A DNA stretch of 27,861 bases from a virus (Duplodnaviria; Caudoviricetes), in the IMG/VR virus record IMGVR_UViG_3300042334_000325, positions 1 through 27,861 of that record; one strand, written 5' to 3'. Under the pieces are notes generated by a model. It saw only the letters and a program-made list of their open reading frames with translations, had not been told where the DNA came from and made no database searches. Of the stretch, positions 9,936 through 19,019 are shown one piece after another (position 1 is the first letter of the stretch; each line of letters starts with the position of its first letter). A program made the translations under genes and the position numbers.

Positions 9936-10083
9936 TTAAATACTCCTTAATGATTTTGACACAGCCATGTCATTTCTCAATCTAATTTATTTAGGTATGT
10001 TGCAAAAAAACACTCTTAAATACCCAAAAAAACGATCTTTTTGTAAAAACGTGCATAATATTAATTACTATGCACATCTGTTT

Positions 10084-10091
10084 TATTTATA
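10084..10091 (-). promoter_or_regulatory. T4-type late promoter TATAAATA (second candidate CCTAAATA at 9988-9995)
   Basis: Exact consensus in the intergenic region upstream of the core/protease/scaffold/capsid genes. Confidence 0.55.
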
Positions 10092-10107
10092 GAATAATAA
10101 ATACTTT

Positions 10108-10317
10108 TTAAATTCCTAGATCAGCTTCGCCTTCGGTACTACCATAAATCTTTTGTAGACGTTCACGATGAACCTGATTTTCTAATTCTCTAAGTTCACG
10201 TAATTTTCTAAGCTTATTAAGATGCTTTAATGTAAGCCGTGGTCGCCTTACATCGTCAACATTTCGTTTTGTATAATTATCATTCTCTGCATCATAATAT
10301 TCGCGAATTATTTTCAT
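10108..10317 (-). CDS. Small basic head-module protein, function unknown
   Basis: 69 aa, ATGA overlap with the portal stop; RRPRLTLKHLNKLRK motif. Confidence 0.75.
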   Translation of the reverse strand: MKIIREYYDAENDNYTKRNVDDVRRPRLTLKHLNKLRKLRELRELENQVHRERLQKIYGSTEGEADLGI

Positions 10318-13300
10318 CGTTGTTGTCCTTCTTGCCCACCTTGTGCGGGAGGTGTTACGCTACCAATTGGAGATACACTAGCTTCTGGAGCACCTTCGCC
10401 ACCTAATTCATCGCCAACTGGTTCTCCCATATTCATATCGCCAAAATCTTCAAATTCATTTCCACGAATACCAACATCGCTAAGTCCCATTTGATCTCCC
10501 AAATCACTAGGTTTAATTTTACCTTTTGGATTTTCTTCCATATACATTTGTTCATTTTCTAGTATTTCAGCAGGACTTAATCCAAGATATTTCTTCAACA
10601 AGAATCTACGACTTAGATACTTAGAACCTTCAAGTTGTCCAAATACACCAGCTTTTGCAGAATCAAGTTCAATTTGTCTATATTGACTAAAGCTTTGTGG
10701 CTCAGTGAATATTAAATCAAACATACTAGCGTCTATGTTAAATCCTCTATGCTTCAAAAATCTTTTAAATTCACGATCAAATACTGGTTGAATTATATTT
10801 TGTAATCTTTGACAATATTTGTTGAATCTAAATTCTTGAATAAATGCTGTTCCAACTCTACCGTCAGTAAACACAGCACCACTATCGTCTGAACTTAATG
10901 GCATGTAAGAAGATGGAATACGCAATCCACGCATCATTTTATCAGTGAAGAATTTTAAATCACTAATTTCACCTAAATTGTCACCACCTGGTAATACTTC
11001 CACCTTTGAACCGCGACCATCACTGTTATGAACATAAATTCCAGCACCAAGACCAAACCAGTGACTACCAGATTCACTTTCAATTGTAATATCACCAGTA
11101 TCTATTGTGTAATCTAATTCAATTACCTCTAATATTTTATGGTTTTGACGAACTGCAACTTTATTAGAATATTTTGGTATACCAGTATATTCTACTTTCC
11201 AATCACCAAAAGTTTTATAACCAATTACGTTAACTATTCTATTCAATGTAGTATCAGTTACACCCAATCGTTCAGACATATTGGGATCACGTATTGTACT
11301 TGGATTTGCAGTTAAGTAAGCATTATGAAATTCGTCGTCAATTCTTAATTCTTTGCCTAGTTTTTTTACGCTAGTATGACCTCTATCAAATGCGGAAACC
11401 ATTGCATTAAACATTTCTATAGAATACTTAATTTTTCTATTTTCTGTATTTTCTTTAAGAGTTTTTACAAATTTTTCGCCAACTACTTTTTTTTCTTCTT
11501 CTGTAAATTTATTCCAATATTTTTTTGCATTTTTGCTGTTTCTTTTTGACAGCGATATTGTGAATTTTTCACTTGGATTTTCATATAATTTTTTCATTCC
11601 AGAAATAAGCTTATTTCTGCCTTCTTCCGTTTTCCACATATTAGTTAAAGAATAAGTTCCTATGCTTTTATGTAATGCTATATGATCTTCTGTTGTCATA
11701 ACATTTAAGTTATTTGGGTTATTGTTTTGAGAATTAAAATCAATATGATGAACTTGTGTGTCTTTTCCTACTGGTTTTTTTGCAATAGTTGTATGGACAA
11801 ACTTCTTTTTTCCATTATTGTTAGATACATATTTCATATATTGTTTTGATTTTTGATTTGGACCAGTATGCCCAAGTTCAAGATTTAATGGCATCAATGA
11901 ATCACCGGATTTTAAATTCTGTGCTTCTACTTCTGTCCCATCCCGTAAAATAAATTTATGATCAGGAGTTGCAATTACACTTTCCCCATTATCTAATCTT
12001 ACTTCCAAAACTTTTGCATCACGTCGAGTTATCCCTGCCCACTTAATTTTTGCAGGTTCCAATTCATGTGTAACATTTGATAGTCCATATACCCAGTTTT
12101 CTTTGCCTTCTTGGTGTTCTTTTATTACTTCTTCTAATGTAAGTGTTCTTCCATCTAATAATGGTAATTTTGTATCTAAAACCAGGCATCCTTGTGCAAA
12201 GAAGAAGTCTTCCATGATAGAGTTTTTAACAAAAATACCACTTTCGGTTGCAAAAGTATGATAATTATGCCATTTTTCTTTACCATCAATGGTAATAGTT
12301 CCAGTATCTTGTTTTTCATTTATGTATTCTATATTAGTAATGCGATGGTTGAATACTTCTAATTTTGATACGAAATCTTTCCATCCTTTATATCCAAAGT
12401 GGAACAATGTTCTTTCAAAAATTTCAACGGTTACTTTATCATTTAATATTTTATAATTTTTTGAAGGATCACGTGGGTTATTTTTTCTTATTTCTTCTAA
12501 AAATTCTTCATTATTGGATAACAGTTCTATAGTTTGTTTTTTATTCGAATTATGCTTTTTAACAGTTTCCGAAATTATTTGAAGCATTCTGAAAGAATAT
12601 ACTTTATTTTGGTTTGGATAATTTTCAGTATATGTATTCAGATTGGGAAGTAAAACATCTTTGACAAATTCTGGATTTTTTTCTAAAAACTTTAATCTAA
12701 CCGCTCTCATAGTTTTACTATATTTTTCTTTTACATAAGAATCAGTATTTCTAAGATTTACCGCTTTTTTCTGTGCTTTTATTATATGATCTAATGCAAT
12801 AATTCTATCTTCATTTGAAAGATTTTTCCATCTTTCAACTAATGTAGTTCTTATTTTTTCTTTGACTTCTACAGCCTCTTCTGGCGAAACATTTGCCCAG
12901 AAGTTACTATCACCATGGAATTTAAAATGATCTTCTTTGTTCATCCATTGTAGATTTTTTGGATCATTATTATATCTATTAAAATCTTTGTGGTGGACTA
13001 TATTTTTATTTCCCTCGATTATGTAAGTAAATTCTTGATGTTTCCCAAGCTTTCTAAAATATTCTCCAACCATTCTGTGAACAAAAGTCCATTCTTTATC
13101 ATTATGATCATACACTTGCGTATATGTGGTTTTATTTTTAGAAGATGGCAATTTTTGCTGACGAGTTTCAAAACTAATCAAAGAATCACTGGGAGTTAAA
13201 TCTTTAGCTTCTACAAAACCTTTTCCAAATACTGGTATTTTGTGGTCTGGAGTAACAGTAAGACTTTCCCCGTTATCAAAAGTAAGTTTTATAACTTGTG

Positions 13301-14456
13301 TATCTTTTCTAGTTATTCCAGCCCATGTTATCACACCAGGAACTATTTTTCCAGTTTCTGGATCACAACTATAAGCCCAATTTTCTTTACCATCTTGATA
13401 TTCATTAATAAGTTCATTCAACTCTAGAGTTCTTCCATCAAGTAGTGGTATTTTGGTATCTAATGCTAAACATAGTGGATTATATTGTGCATCCATTATG
13501 TTACTTCCACCGCCAGTTTTATTTGGAATACGCTTTTGGTGAACTTCCATTTTTACTTTTTCAAGAAAAGCGGATGCACGGTGTGCTGGCATATCACCAA
13601 CATCTATATAAAATACTCTACGTTCTGGTGCACGTTGAACACGATAAATGATAATAGAATCTTCTAGCAATTCTTTTTGCTTATATGTTTTAAATATTGG
13701 GTCTAGTATAGAACTACCAAATGGAAAGTTTGGGTCCATTCCTTCGGTCATAGCAACATGTACTACATTATTGGAATCAACATGAAATTCATCAGCAGGA
13801 TTGCTTATGTTGGCACTAGAGTATCCAGTATTGACGCCAGATTGTCTTCCGGTTAGTGTAGTAAATGTAGAATTTGTAATTCCACCAGTAGTTCTATTGA
13901 TACCAATTGGGGTTGTTGCAGTTTTGTTTTGCAAGTTAAGGTCCAAATTTCGTATAATGTATTGTTCTGGTTCTTTTCCCTTACTTTCATTAATAACAAC
14001 ACCACTAACATCTTGTGGTTGAACAAACAATAATTGCCATGTTTCTGGATCACGAACAAATGGCTGATCACCGTATTTGATAACATTTCTAAAAGTTTTA
14101 AAAATTCTACGATCCCAATCGTTTATATTGCACCATTGTTTTAATACTTGTTTGATTATTTTAGCTTCACTTTCAGTAGGATCGTCGAGATATCTAACTT
14201 TAAATGGTGAACTTGTTTCTTCATCAAGTTGTGTAGCAAATTCTGCAATAGTATCAAGGGCCATGTTTATTTCACTATCCATGTCCATCTGATCGTATTG
14301 CATATATCGTTCTGTTCTATTTGGCATACCTGTATAAACTTCTGGTAGCCAACTTTGGAATCTACTAGTATAACCTTCACTCCTATTTTTTCCCGCATTG
14401 GGTCCAGTTAATGGAGATTTATTCTGATATACTACAAAATGTTTTTTCCAACTCAT
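10314..14456 (-). CDS. gp20: Portal vertex protein (T4 gp20 family) containing two inteins; ~575 aa after splicing
   Basis: LLEDSIIIYRVQRAPERRVFYIDVGDMP, EDFFF...GRGSKVEVLPGGDNLGEISD, GLRIPSSY, EFRFNKYCQRLQ; GAGGA RBS. Confidence 0.96.
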   Translation of the reverse strand: MSWKKHFVVYQNKSPLTGPNAGKNRSEGYTSRFQSWLPEVYTGMPNRTERYMQYDQMDMDSEINMALDTIAEFATQLDEETSSPFKVRYLDDPTESEAKIIKQVLKQWCNINDWDRRIFKTFRNVIKYGDQPFVRDPETWQLLFVQPQDVSGVVINESKGKEPEQYIIRNLDLNLQNKTATTPIGINRTTGGITNSTFTTLTGRQSGVNTGYSSANISNPADEFHVDSNNVVHVAMTEGMDPNFPFGSSILDPIFKTYKQKELLEDSIIIYRVQRAPERRVFYIDVGDMPAHRASAFLEKVKMEVHQKRIPNKTGGGSNIMDAQYNPLCLALDTKIPLLDGRTLELNELINEYQDGKENWAYSCDPETGKIVPGVITWAGITRKDTQVIKLTFDNGESLTVTPDHKIPVFGKGFVEAKDLTPSDSLISFETRQQKLPSSKNKTTYTQVYDHNDKEWTFVHRMVGEYFRKLGKHQEFTYIIEGNKNIVHHKDFNRYNNDPKNLQWMNKEDHFKFHGDSNFWANVSPEEAVEVKEKIRTTLVERWKNLSNEDRIIALDHIIKAQKKAVNLRNTDSYVKEKYSKTMRAVRLKFLEKNPEFVKDVLLPNLNTYTENYPNQNKVYSFRMLQIISETVKKHNSNKKQTIELLSNNEEFLEEIRKNNPRDPSKNYKILNDKVTVEIFERTLFHFGYKGWKDFVSKLEVFNHRITNIEYINEKQDTGTITIDGKEKWHNYHTFATESGIFVKNSIMEDFFFAQGCLVLDTKLPLLDGRTLTLEEVIKEHQEGKENWVYGLSNVTHELEPAKIKWAGITRRDAKVLEVRLDNGESVIATPDHKFILRDGTEVEAQNLKSGDSLMPLNLELGHTGPNQKSKQYMKYVSNNNGKKKFVHTTIAKKPVGKDTQVHHIDFNSQNNNPNNLNVMTTEDHIALHKSIGTYSLTNMWKTEEGRNKLISGMKKLYENPSEKFTISLSKRNSKNAKKYWNKFTEEEKKVVGEKFVKTLKENTENRKIKYSIEMFNAMVSAFDRGHTSVKKLGKELRIDDEFHNAYLTANPSTIRDPNMSERLGVTDTTLNRIVNVIGYKTFGDWKVEYTGIPKYSNKVAVRQNHKILEVIELDYTIDTGDITIESESGSHWFGLGAGIYVHNSDGRGSKVEVLPGGDNLGEISDLKFFTDKMMRGLRIPSSYMPLSSDDSGAVFTDGRVGTAFIQEFRFNKYCQRLQNIIQPVFDREFKRFLKHRGFNIDASMFDLIFTEPQSFSQYRQIELDSAKAGVFGQLEGSKYLSRRFLLKKYLGLSPAEILENEQMYMEENPKGKIKPSDLGDQMGLSDVGIRGNEFEDFGDMNMGEPVGDELGGEGAPEASVSPIGSVTPPAQGGQEGQQR
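11025..12188 (-). mobile_element. Portal intein 2 (388 aa, residues 757-1144) with HNH endonuclease
   Basis: FAQG|CLVLDTKLPLLDG start, TPDH, HNH FVHT...VHHIDFNSQNNNPNNLNVM...H, end GIYVHN|S. Confidence 0.94.
12222..13472 (-). mobile_element. Portal intein 1 (417 aa, residues 329-745) with HNH endonuclease
   Basis: YNPL|CLALDTKIPLLDG start, block B TPDH, HNH VHRMV...VHHKDFNRYNNDPKNLQWM...H, end GIFVKN|S. Confidence 0.93.
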
Positions 14457-14486
14457 TATTTTTCCTCTATGAATTATGTTATAGTG

Positions 14487-14494
14487 TATTTAGT
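14487..14494 (-). promoter_or_regulatory. Probable late promoter (ACTAAATA) for portal
   Basis: TAAATA core ~30 nt upstream of the portal ATG in a 37-nt gap. Confidence 0.45.
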
Positions 14495-17400
14495 TATTGT
14501 GCAGCCTCGTCATATTTTCTGATCAATGTCCCAATTAATCTGTTTGTTTCTGTCATTAATAATATCATAGATTCACTGTTTTGTGAAGAACTATTTGGTA
14601 GATTGCTATTAATTGCGGGTATATTAGTACTAGAATTATCAGTAATAGCAGCCCCAACTAAATCACCACCAACACCACCAACAGCAGAACCGCCAAAATA
14701 TCCCAAAGCACCACCAATAACACCACCAAGGAATGCACCTGTCGCATTTCCAACTACTGGGACAGCAGTACCAATTCCACCACCATATAGTGCACCATAT
14801 CCAGCCCCTGTCAAAGCACCACCAACACCACCAACAGCAGAACCAACACCTTCTGATTTTTGTCTGGTTGTAAGAGTTTCATCAGTCAATGCATCATATG
14901 CTTCATATGCTCCAATTCCAACAATTAGCGGGGTATTTAATTTACCTGCTATAACTTTTAATCCTGTACCACCACCAGCAGCAGCAGCACGTGCAGCATC
15001 ATCTACTAAATTTCCACCAGCAGCAGTAGTAGCTGCAGCAGCAGTAGTAGCTGCAGCAGCCTTAGCAGCAGCCTTAGCAGCATCATCTACTAAATTTCCA
15101 CCAGCAGCAGTTGGTCGTCCAGCAAATCCCATCATATTTCTAGCAGCAGCACTAGGAACTCCTGGCCCTGGCTTAAATCCCATAAGCTTTGGAACTGCCT
15201 TCAACATTGTTGGAATTGACTTCAACATAGAACCAACCCCTAGTTTTTTAAAAATAACAAGTCCAGCAATAGTAGCAAGAATACCAGATGTAACGGGATA
15301 TTCGGTAATAGCATCTTTTCCCTTATCAACGGCAATATCTGACACAGTGGGTATTATTCCATTTTTTTCTATATTATCTATGAATTTACGCAACCCGGTT
15401 ATAAAATCTTTACCAGCAGCATTTGTGTCTATTCCTAACTGGTCAAGAACTCCGACTAAAATAGATTGTTTTATTGCATTTGCTGTATTTTGTAGTTCAC
15501 TTGGTATTGCTAACCATGCCGCAGCTTTAATTGCTGCTCCTGCCGCTGCTTGTCCCTCAATATTTTCCTCAACTAATTTATTAAGTCCTGCAAAGTTACT
15601 TGACATTTCTACTAACTTTTCTATACCAGGGATTCCAATGTTTGATCTGTATCCCATTTCTTGTGTTAAATTTTTATCAGAAAATATAGCAATCATTGAT
15701 AATAGTTTAGCAGTGAATTCCTCTGTTGGCATTGATTTTACATTGTCAGACATAAAATCAAATACTTGTTCAAAACTATCTATGTCTTGAACAACTGCGG
15801 TTCTCAATTCTTCTGGAAGATTTTTTAAAACTATTGAAAAATCTTCACCAAATTGTGCAGATCGTAACATTTGGTTTCCGATTTCAATGGCTGAATCTCC
15901 CCCACGCTGCATAGTTCCCATAAATGAATCTACGTTTGCTGCTGCAACTGTGCTATTTTCAGACAATAGCTTAATAGCCAAGTTTAATGTTGAATCGTTT
16001 ATTCTAGATTCATTCATTTTTCTACGCATTTCTCTAGCATCTTGTCCAGTCATTGCAGCTAGTTGACTAGTATTATAAAGCAAACCATTCATACTACTAC
16101 TAACCGCATCATATATATCAGCACTATCCATGCCACTTTTGCGACGCAATTCTATTTCCTGCATTAGTATTTCGTTATATTCGTTATTTGTTAATCCAAA
16201 ATTGTTAAAAACTTCGGCCTTATCCAGCAGGTCGTTACTTAACTCACTAAATTTTTTCATACCAGAAGTAGTAGAATTTCCAAGTGATTTTACAGCTTTT
16301 CCATTTTCAGAAATTAATTTAGAAAAATCTAATAAATTCATTCCCGCATCTTTTGCAAAAGTATTCAATTGTAGCAAATCAAATCCTAATCCTGCTGAAA
16401 CTCCAGATAAATTTTTAAGACCATTTATATATTCTTCTAAAACTGCACCACCAACACCAATAATTGCAGCAGCTATTCCACCAATTATAGGTACAGCACC
16501 AGCCAGTTTTGATATAGAATCGGTAATTTTACTAAATGTTAATCCGGTAGTCATAGCACTTCCAGCAAGCGAAGTTAGTCCGGTTACTGTTTGCCAAGCA
16601 GTATTTGCAAGTTGTTCTTGTACGTTAACAATCTTTTTGAAAATTTCATATGATTTTTTATTATCTTTTTCTGTTGGAGATAATGAAGAGTCTTCGGTTA
16701 GATTATAATGTACTAACAATCTTTTTGTTAAACTAGTATATTCTTTATTATATATAGAAAAATCTTTTAGAGCAGATTTTAATTCTTCTATCGTTTTTAC
16801 ATCAGGGGATTTTCCATCCGAGACTTTAGCTAACGCATCTTTCAACGATTTTAAATACTCTTTTTGTAACCCTTTTGTATTTCCAGAATCAATAGCTTTT
16901 TTAAGATTATTAACACCTTTCATATAATTTTCATTATCAAAAGTTATAGGAATACCTTTTTCTTGTTTTTCCATTAAATCTTCAACAAAACTGGTAAACA
17001 AAGATTTAAAACTTAAATCTCTACGCTCTATAGTAAAAATATCAGGATCAGGCGTAGCTTTACCACCCGAACTACCCGTAGAACGTGTTATTTTTCCGCC
17101 TTGATCACTACCAGATGCAAATACTTTAGAAATTCTATTTGTATTTCTTAACATAGTTTTATATGTAGTAGAAATTTCTTTAATCACCAAATTCAAATCT
17201 ATTAAACTTTTAGAAAGATATAGCAATGATCCTTCTACTAAGGTAATACTTGTACTATAATTTTTTGATAACTCTGACATTTTTTTGTTAAAGTTAGTAG
17301 ATGAATTATCAACATTTTGGGCTTTTGAACGAGCAACAACTGGTTTTGTTTTTTCAGATTTTATAATTGTAGTATTTTGTTTTACTAATTCTTCTTGTTT

Positions 17401-17616
17401 CTTTTTAGATTTTTGTAATTCATCTACAATCTGTTTAAAATAATGCTCTTGAACCCTAACAGTTTTGTTACCATTACTACCTACACCTACTAGCTTATTT
17501 AATGCACGTGCAGTTATTTCATTATATTTTAACATCGCTTCTAGTGTAGTTTCGGTTGCCCATGCGGGAACACGAATACGTTGATCACCGATTTCAATAT
17601 CAATAAGGTCTGCCAT
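14494..17616 (-). CDS. Tape-measure-like / baseplate hub protein
   Basis: 1040 aa, helical, with hydrophobic Gly/Ala segments (AGAVPIIGGIAAAIIGVGG; C-terminal glycine zipper GAFLGGVIGGALG). Divergent from gp26/gp51-like genes; GTAGGA RBS. Confidence 0.65.
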   Translation of the reverse strand: MADLIDIEIGDQRIRVPAWATETTLEAMLKYNEITARALNKLVGVGSNGNKTVRVQEHYFKQIVDELQKSKKKQEELVKQNTTIIKSEKTKPVVARSKAQNVDNSSTNFNKKMSELSKNYSTSITLVEGSLLYLSKSLIDLNLVIKEISTTYKTMLRNTNRISKVFASGSDQGGKITRSTGSSGGKATPDPDIFTIERRDLSFKSLFTSFVEDLMEKQEKGIPITFDNENYMKGVNNLKKAIDSGNTKGLQKEYLKSLKDALAKVSDGKSPDVKTIEELKSALKDFSIYNKEYTSLTKRLLVHYNLTEDSSLSPTEKDNKKSYEIFKKIVNVQEQLANTAWQTVTGLTSLAGSAMTTGLTFSKITDSISKLAGAVPIIGGIAAAIIGVGGAVLEEYINGLKNLSGVSAGLGFDLLQLNTFAKDAGMNLLDFSKLISENGKAVKSLGNSTTSGMKKFSELSNDLLDKAEVFNNFGLTNNEYNEILMQEIELRRKSGMDSADIYDAVSSSMNGLLYNTSQLAAMTGQDAREMRRKMNESRINDSTLNLAIKLLSENSTVAAANVDSFMGTMQRGGDSAIEIGNQMLRSAQFGEDFSIVLKNLPEELRTAVVQDIDSFEQVFDFMSDNVKSMPTEEFTAKLLSMIAIFSDKNLTQEMGYRSNIGIPGIEKLVEMSSNFAGLNKLVEENIEGQAAAGAAIKAAAWLAIPSELQNTANAIKQSILVGVLDQLGIDTNAAGKDFITGLRKFIDNIEKNGIIPTVSDIAVDKGKDAITEYPVTSGILATIAGLVIFKKLGVGSMLKSIPTMLKAVPKLMGFKPGPGVPSAAARNMMGFAGRPTAAGGNLVDDAAKAAAKAAAATTAAAATTAAGGNLVDDAARAAAAGGGTGLKVIAGKLNTPLIVGIGAYEAYDALTDETLTTRQKSEGVGSAVGGVGGALTGAGYGALYGGGIGTAVPVVGNATGAFLGGVIGGALGYFGGSAVGGVGGDLVGAAITDNSSTNIPAINSNLPNSSSQNSESMILLMTETNRLIGTLIRKYDEAAQ
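14993..15111. repeat. Nested in-frame repeats in the tape-measure-like gene
   Basis: 35-bp direct repeat (14993-15027, 15077-15111; TAAGGNLVDDAA) enclosing 18-bp and 12-bp tandem duplications. Confidence 0.9.
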
Positions 17617-17640
17617 TTAATTTCCTACATTAACTACAAA

Positions 17641-17679
17641 GATAAATACATGTGATAATCACAATTATAACTATTTATA
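17641..17679. promoter_or_regulatory. Pair of crossed late promoters
   Basis: GATAAATA (+, 17641-17648) towards gp26-like; TATAAATA (-, 17672-17679) towards the tape-measure-like gene. Confidence 0.6.
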
Positions 17680-17688
17680 GGAAAAAAC

Positions 17689-18522
17689 ATGACAGATAAT
17701 CCACTTTCAAAATTATACAGACACAAATCAATTTATATACAATTACCAAGCAAAGGAAAGTATTATACCAGTGGTATTAATTTATCTATTGATAATGACC
17801 TTGGTATAATGCCAATGACTGCATATGATGAAATATCATTAAAATCACCAGATGCATTATTCAACGGGGATGGATTAATAAATTTAATAAAAAGTTGTGT
17901 TCCAGATATTAAAAATCCAGAAGAAATGCCGTCATGTGATATTGATCCAATAATTATTGGAATACGTGCAGCAAGTAATAAGATATTAGAAACAGAAGTT
18001 GAATGCCCACACTGTAAAACTGAGCAAATTTTTAATTTAGATTTAACTATGTTGTTGTCAACTTTTAAAGAGATTAGTGAGAATAATATAATAGAATTAT
18101 CTGGAAATACTATAATAAAAGTTAGACCATATAGTTTAAGAAGTCAGTTAAAAACAAATATACAGACATTCCATCAGATTAGAATGGAAATGATATTAAA
18201 CAATAACGAGTCAATAACGGATGATAAAAAATTAGAATTATTCAATAGTGCATTTGCAGAAGCCACTAAATTGACAGTTGAGCTAGTAGCAGACAATATA
18301 CTAGCAGTTGAATTGGATGACCTCATAGTAACTGACAAAGAACATATTTTTGAATGGGTACAAAATATGGACAAACAAACCTATAAGACAATTGTAGAAA
18401 AAATTAAAGAACTTAGCAACGGCACAATGGAAAAAACCACGAAAGTTCAGTGTTCAAATGCAGAATGCAATAAAGTATTTGAAACTATTATAGATTTGAA
18501 CCCCGTAAGTTTTTTCACATGA
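17689..18522 (+). CDS. Baseplate hub subunit (T4 gp26-like)
   Basis: NPL...IYIQLPSKGKYY, MPMTAYDE, IRAAS, CPHC and C-terminal CSNAEC; followed by a gp51-sized ORF. Confidence 0.75.
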   Translation: MTDNPLSKLYRHKSIYIQLPSKGKYYTSGINLSIDNDLGIMPMTAYDEISLKSPDALFNGDGLINLIKSCVPDIKNPEEMPSCDIDPIIIGIRAASNKILETEVECPHCKTEQIFNLDLTMLLSTFKEISENNIIELSGNTIIKVRPYSLRSQLKTNIQTFHQIRMEMILNNNESITDDKKLELFNSAFAEATKLTVELVADNILAVELDDLIVTDKEHIFEWVQNMDKQTYKTIVEKIKELSNGTMEKTTKVQCSNAECNKVFETIIDLNPVSFFT

Positions 18523-18749
18523 GGGCAATTAGATTATCTGGTATTGAATTACAAAAATACATAGATAATCTAATTGCCCAAGGAGAATCTATTAAAAAAA
18601 TACTAGCAGAAATATCAGTTTATAGTAATGGATCAATTAACTTACAAGATTTATACAATATGCCAATGACTCAGATTAAAATGATAGAAAAGGTTATATC
18701 AGATAAGATCAAATCAGAAAATAAGGTAACTGGTAAAGAATACTTGTAA
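18519..18749 (+). CDS. Baseplate hub assembly protein (gp51-like)
   Basis: 76 aa, ATGA overlap with gp26-like; INLQDLYNMP resembles the gp51 LENMMPW motif; synteny. Confidence 0.6.
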   Translation: MRAIRLSGIELQKYIDNLIAQGESIKKILAEISVYSNGSINLQDLYNMPMTQIKMIEKVISDKIKSENKVTGKEYL

Positions 18750-18758
18750 TAGAAAAAC

Positions 18759-18790
18759 AAAAAGAAGGAAACATATGTTTCCTTCTTTTT
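18759..18790. terminator. Bidirectional intrinsic terminator
   Basis: Perfect 32-bp palindrome AAAAAGAAGGAAACATATGTTTCCTTCTTTTT, 10 nt after the gp51-like stop. Confidence 0.85.
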
Positions 18791-18979
18791 TATTGGTTCT
18801 ACGAACCAATACATAATTAGTAAATGCATAATGAATCATGGTAATAATACTTACTCATTTCATTCGTAAGTATTTAACTAATGTATATAATACTCATTCC
18901 ATTTCATTACATTCGTATTATATACATTAGTATTTTTTTGATTTATATTAGATACTGTAATTATCATCATATGATTCAT
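18791..18979. repeat. Cluster of perfect inverted repeats with (CATTN)n loops; candidate origin element
   Basis: Arms at 18791-18811 (9 bp), 18846-18874 (9 bp, loop TCATTTCATTC) and 18877-18931 (17 bp, loop TCATTCCATTTCATTACATTC), bracketed by ATGAATCAT (18831)/ATGATTCAT (18971). Confidence 0.75.
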
Positions 18980-19019
18980 CATGATAATCATCATGTACAG
19001 ATCATACTATCATTACCTT

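Noticed and set aside
14411-15790. 459-aa plus-strand ORF
   Set aside because: Antisense shadow of the Gly/Ala-rich tape-measure C-terminus; Pro/Ala composition is the mirror of GGT/GCT codons, with no RBS or promoter.
18840-19015. Possible CRISPR mini-array
   Set aside because: Repeats are inverted or 3-5-nt iterations, not constant direct repeats with unique spacers; no cas genes.
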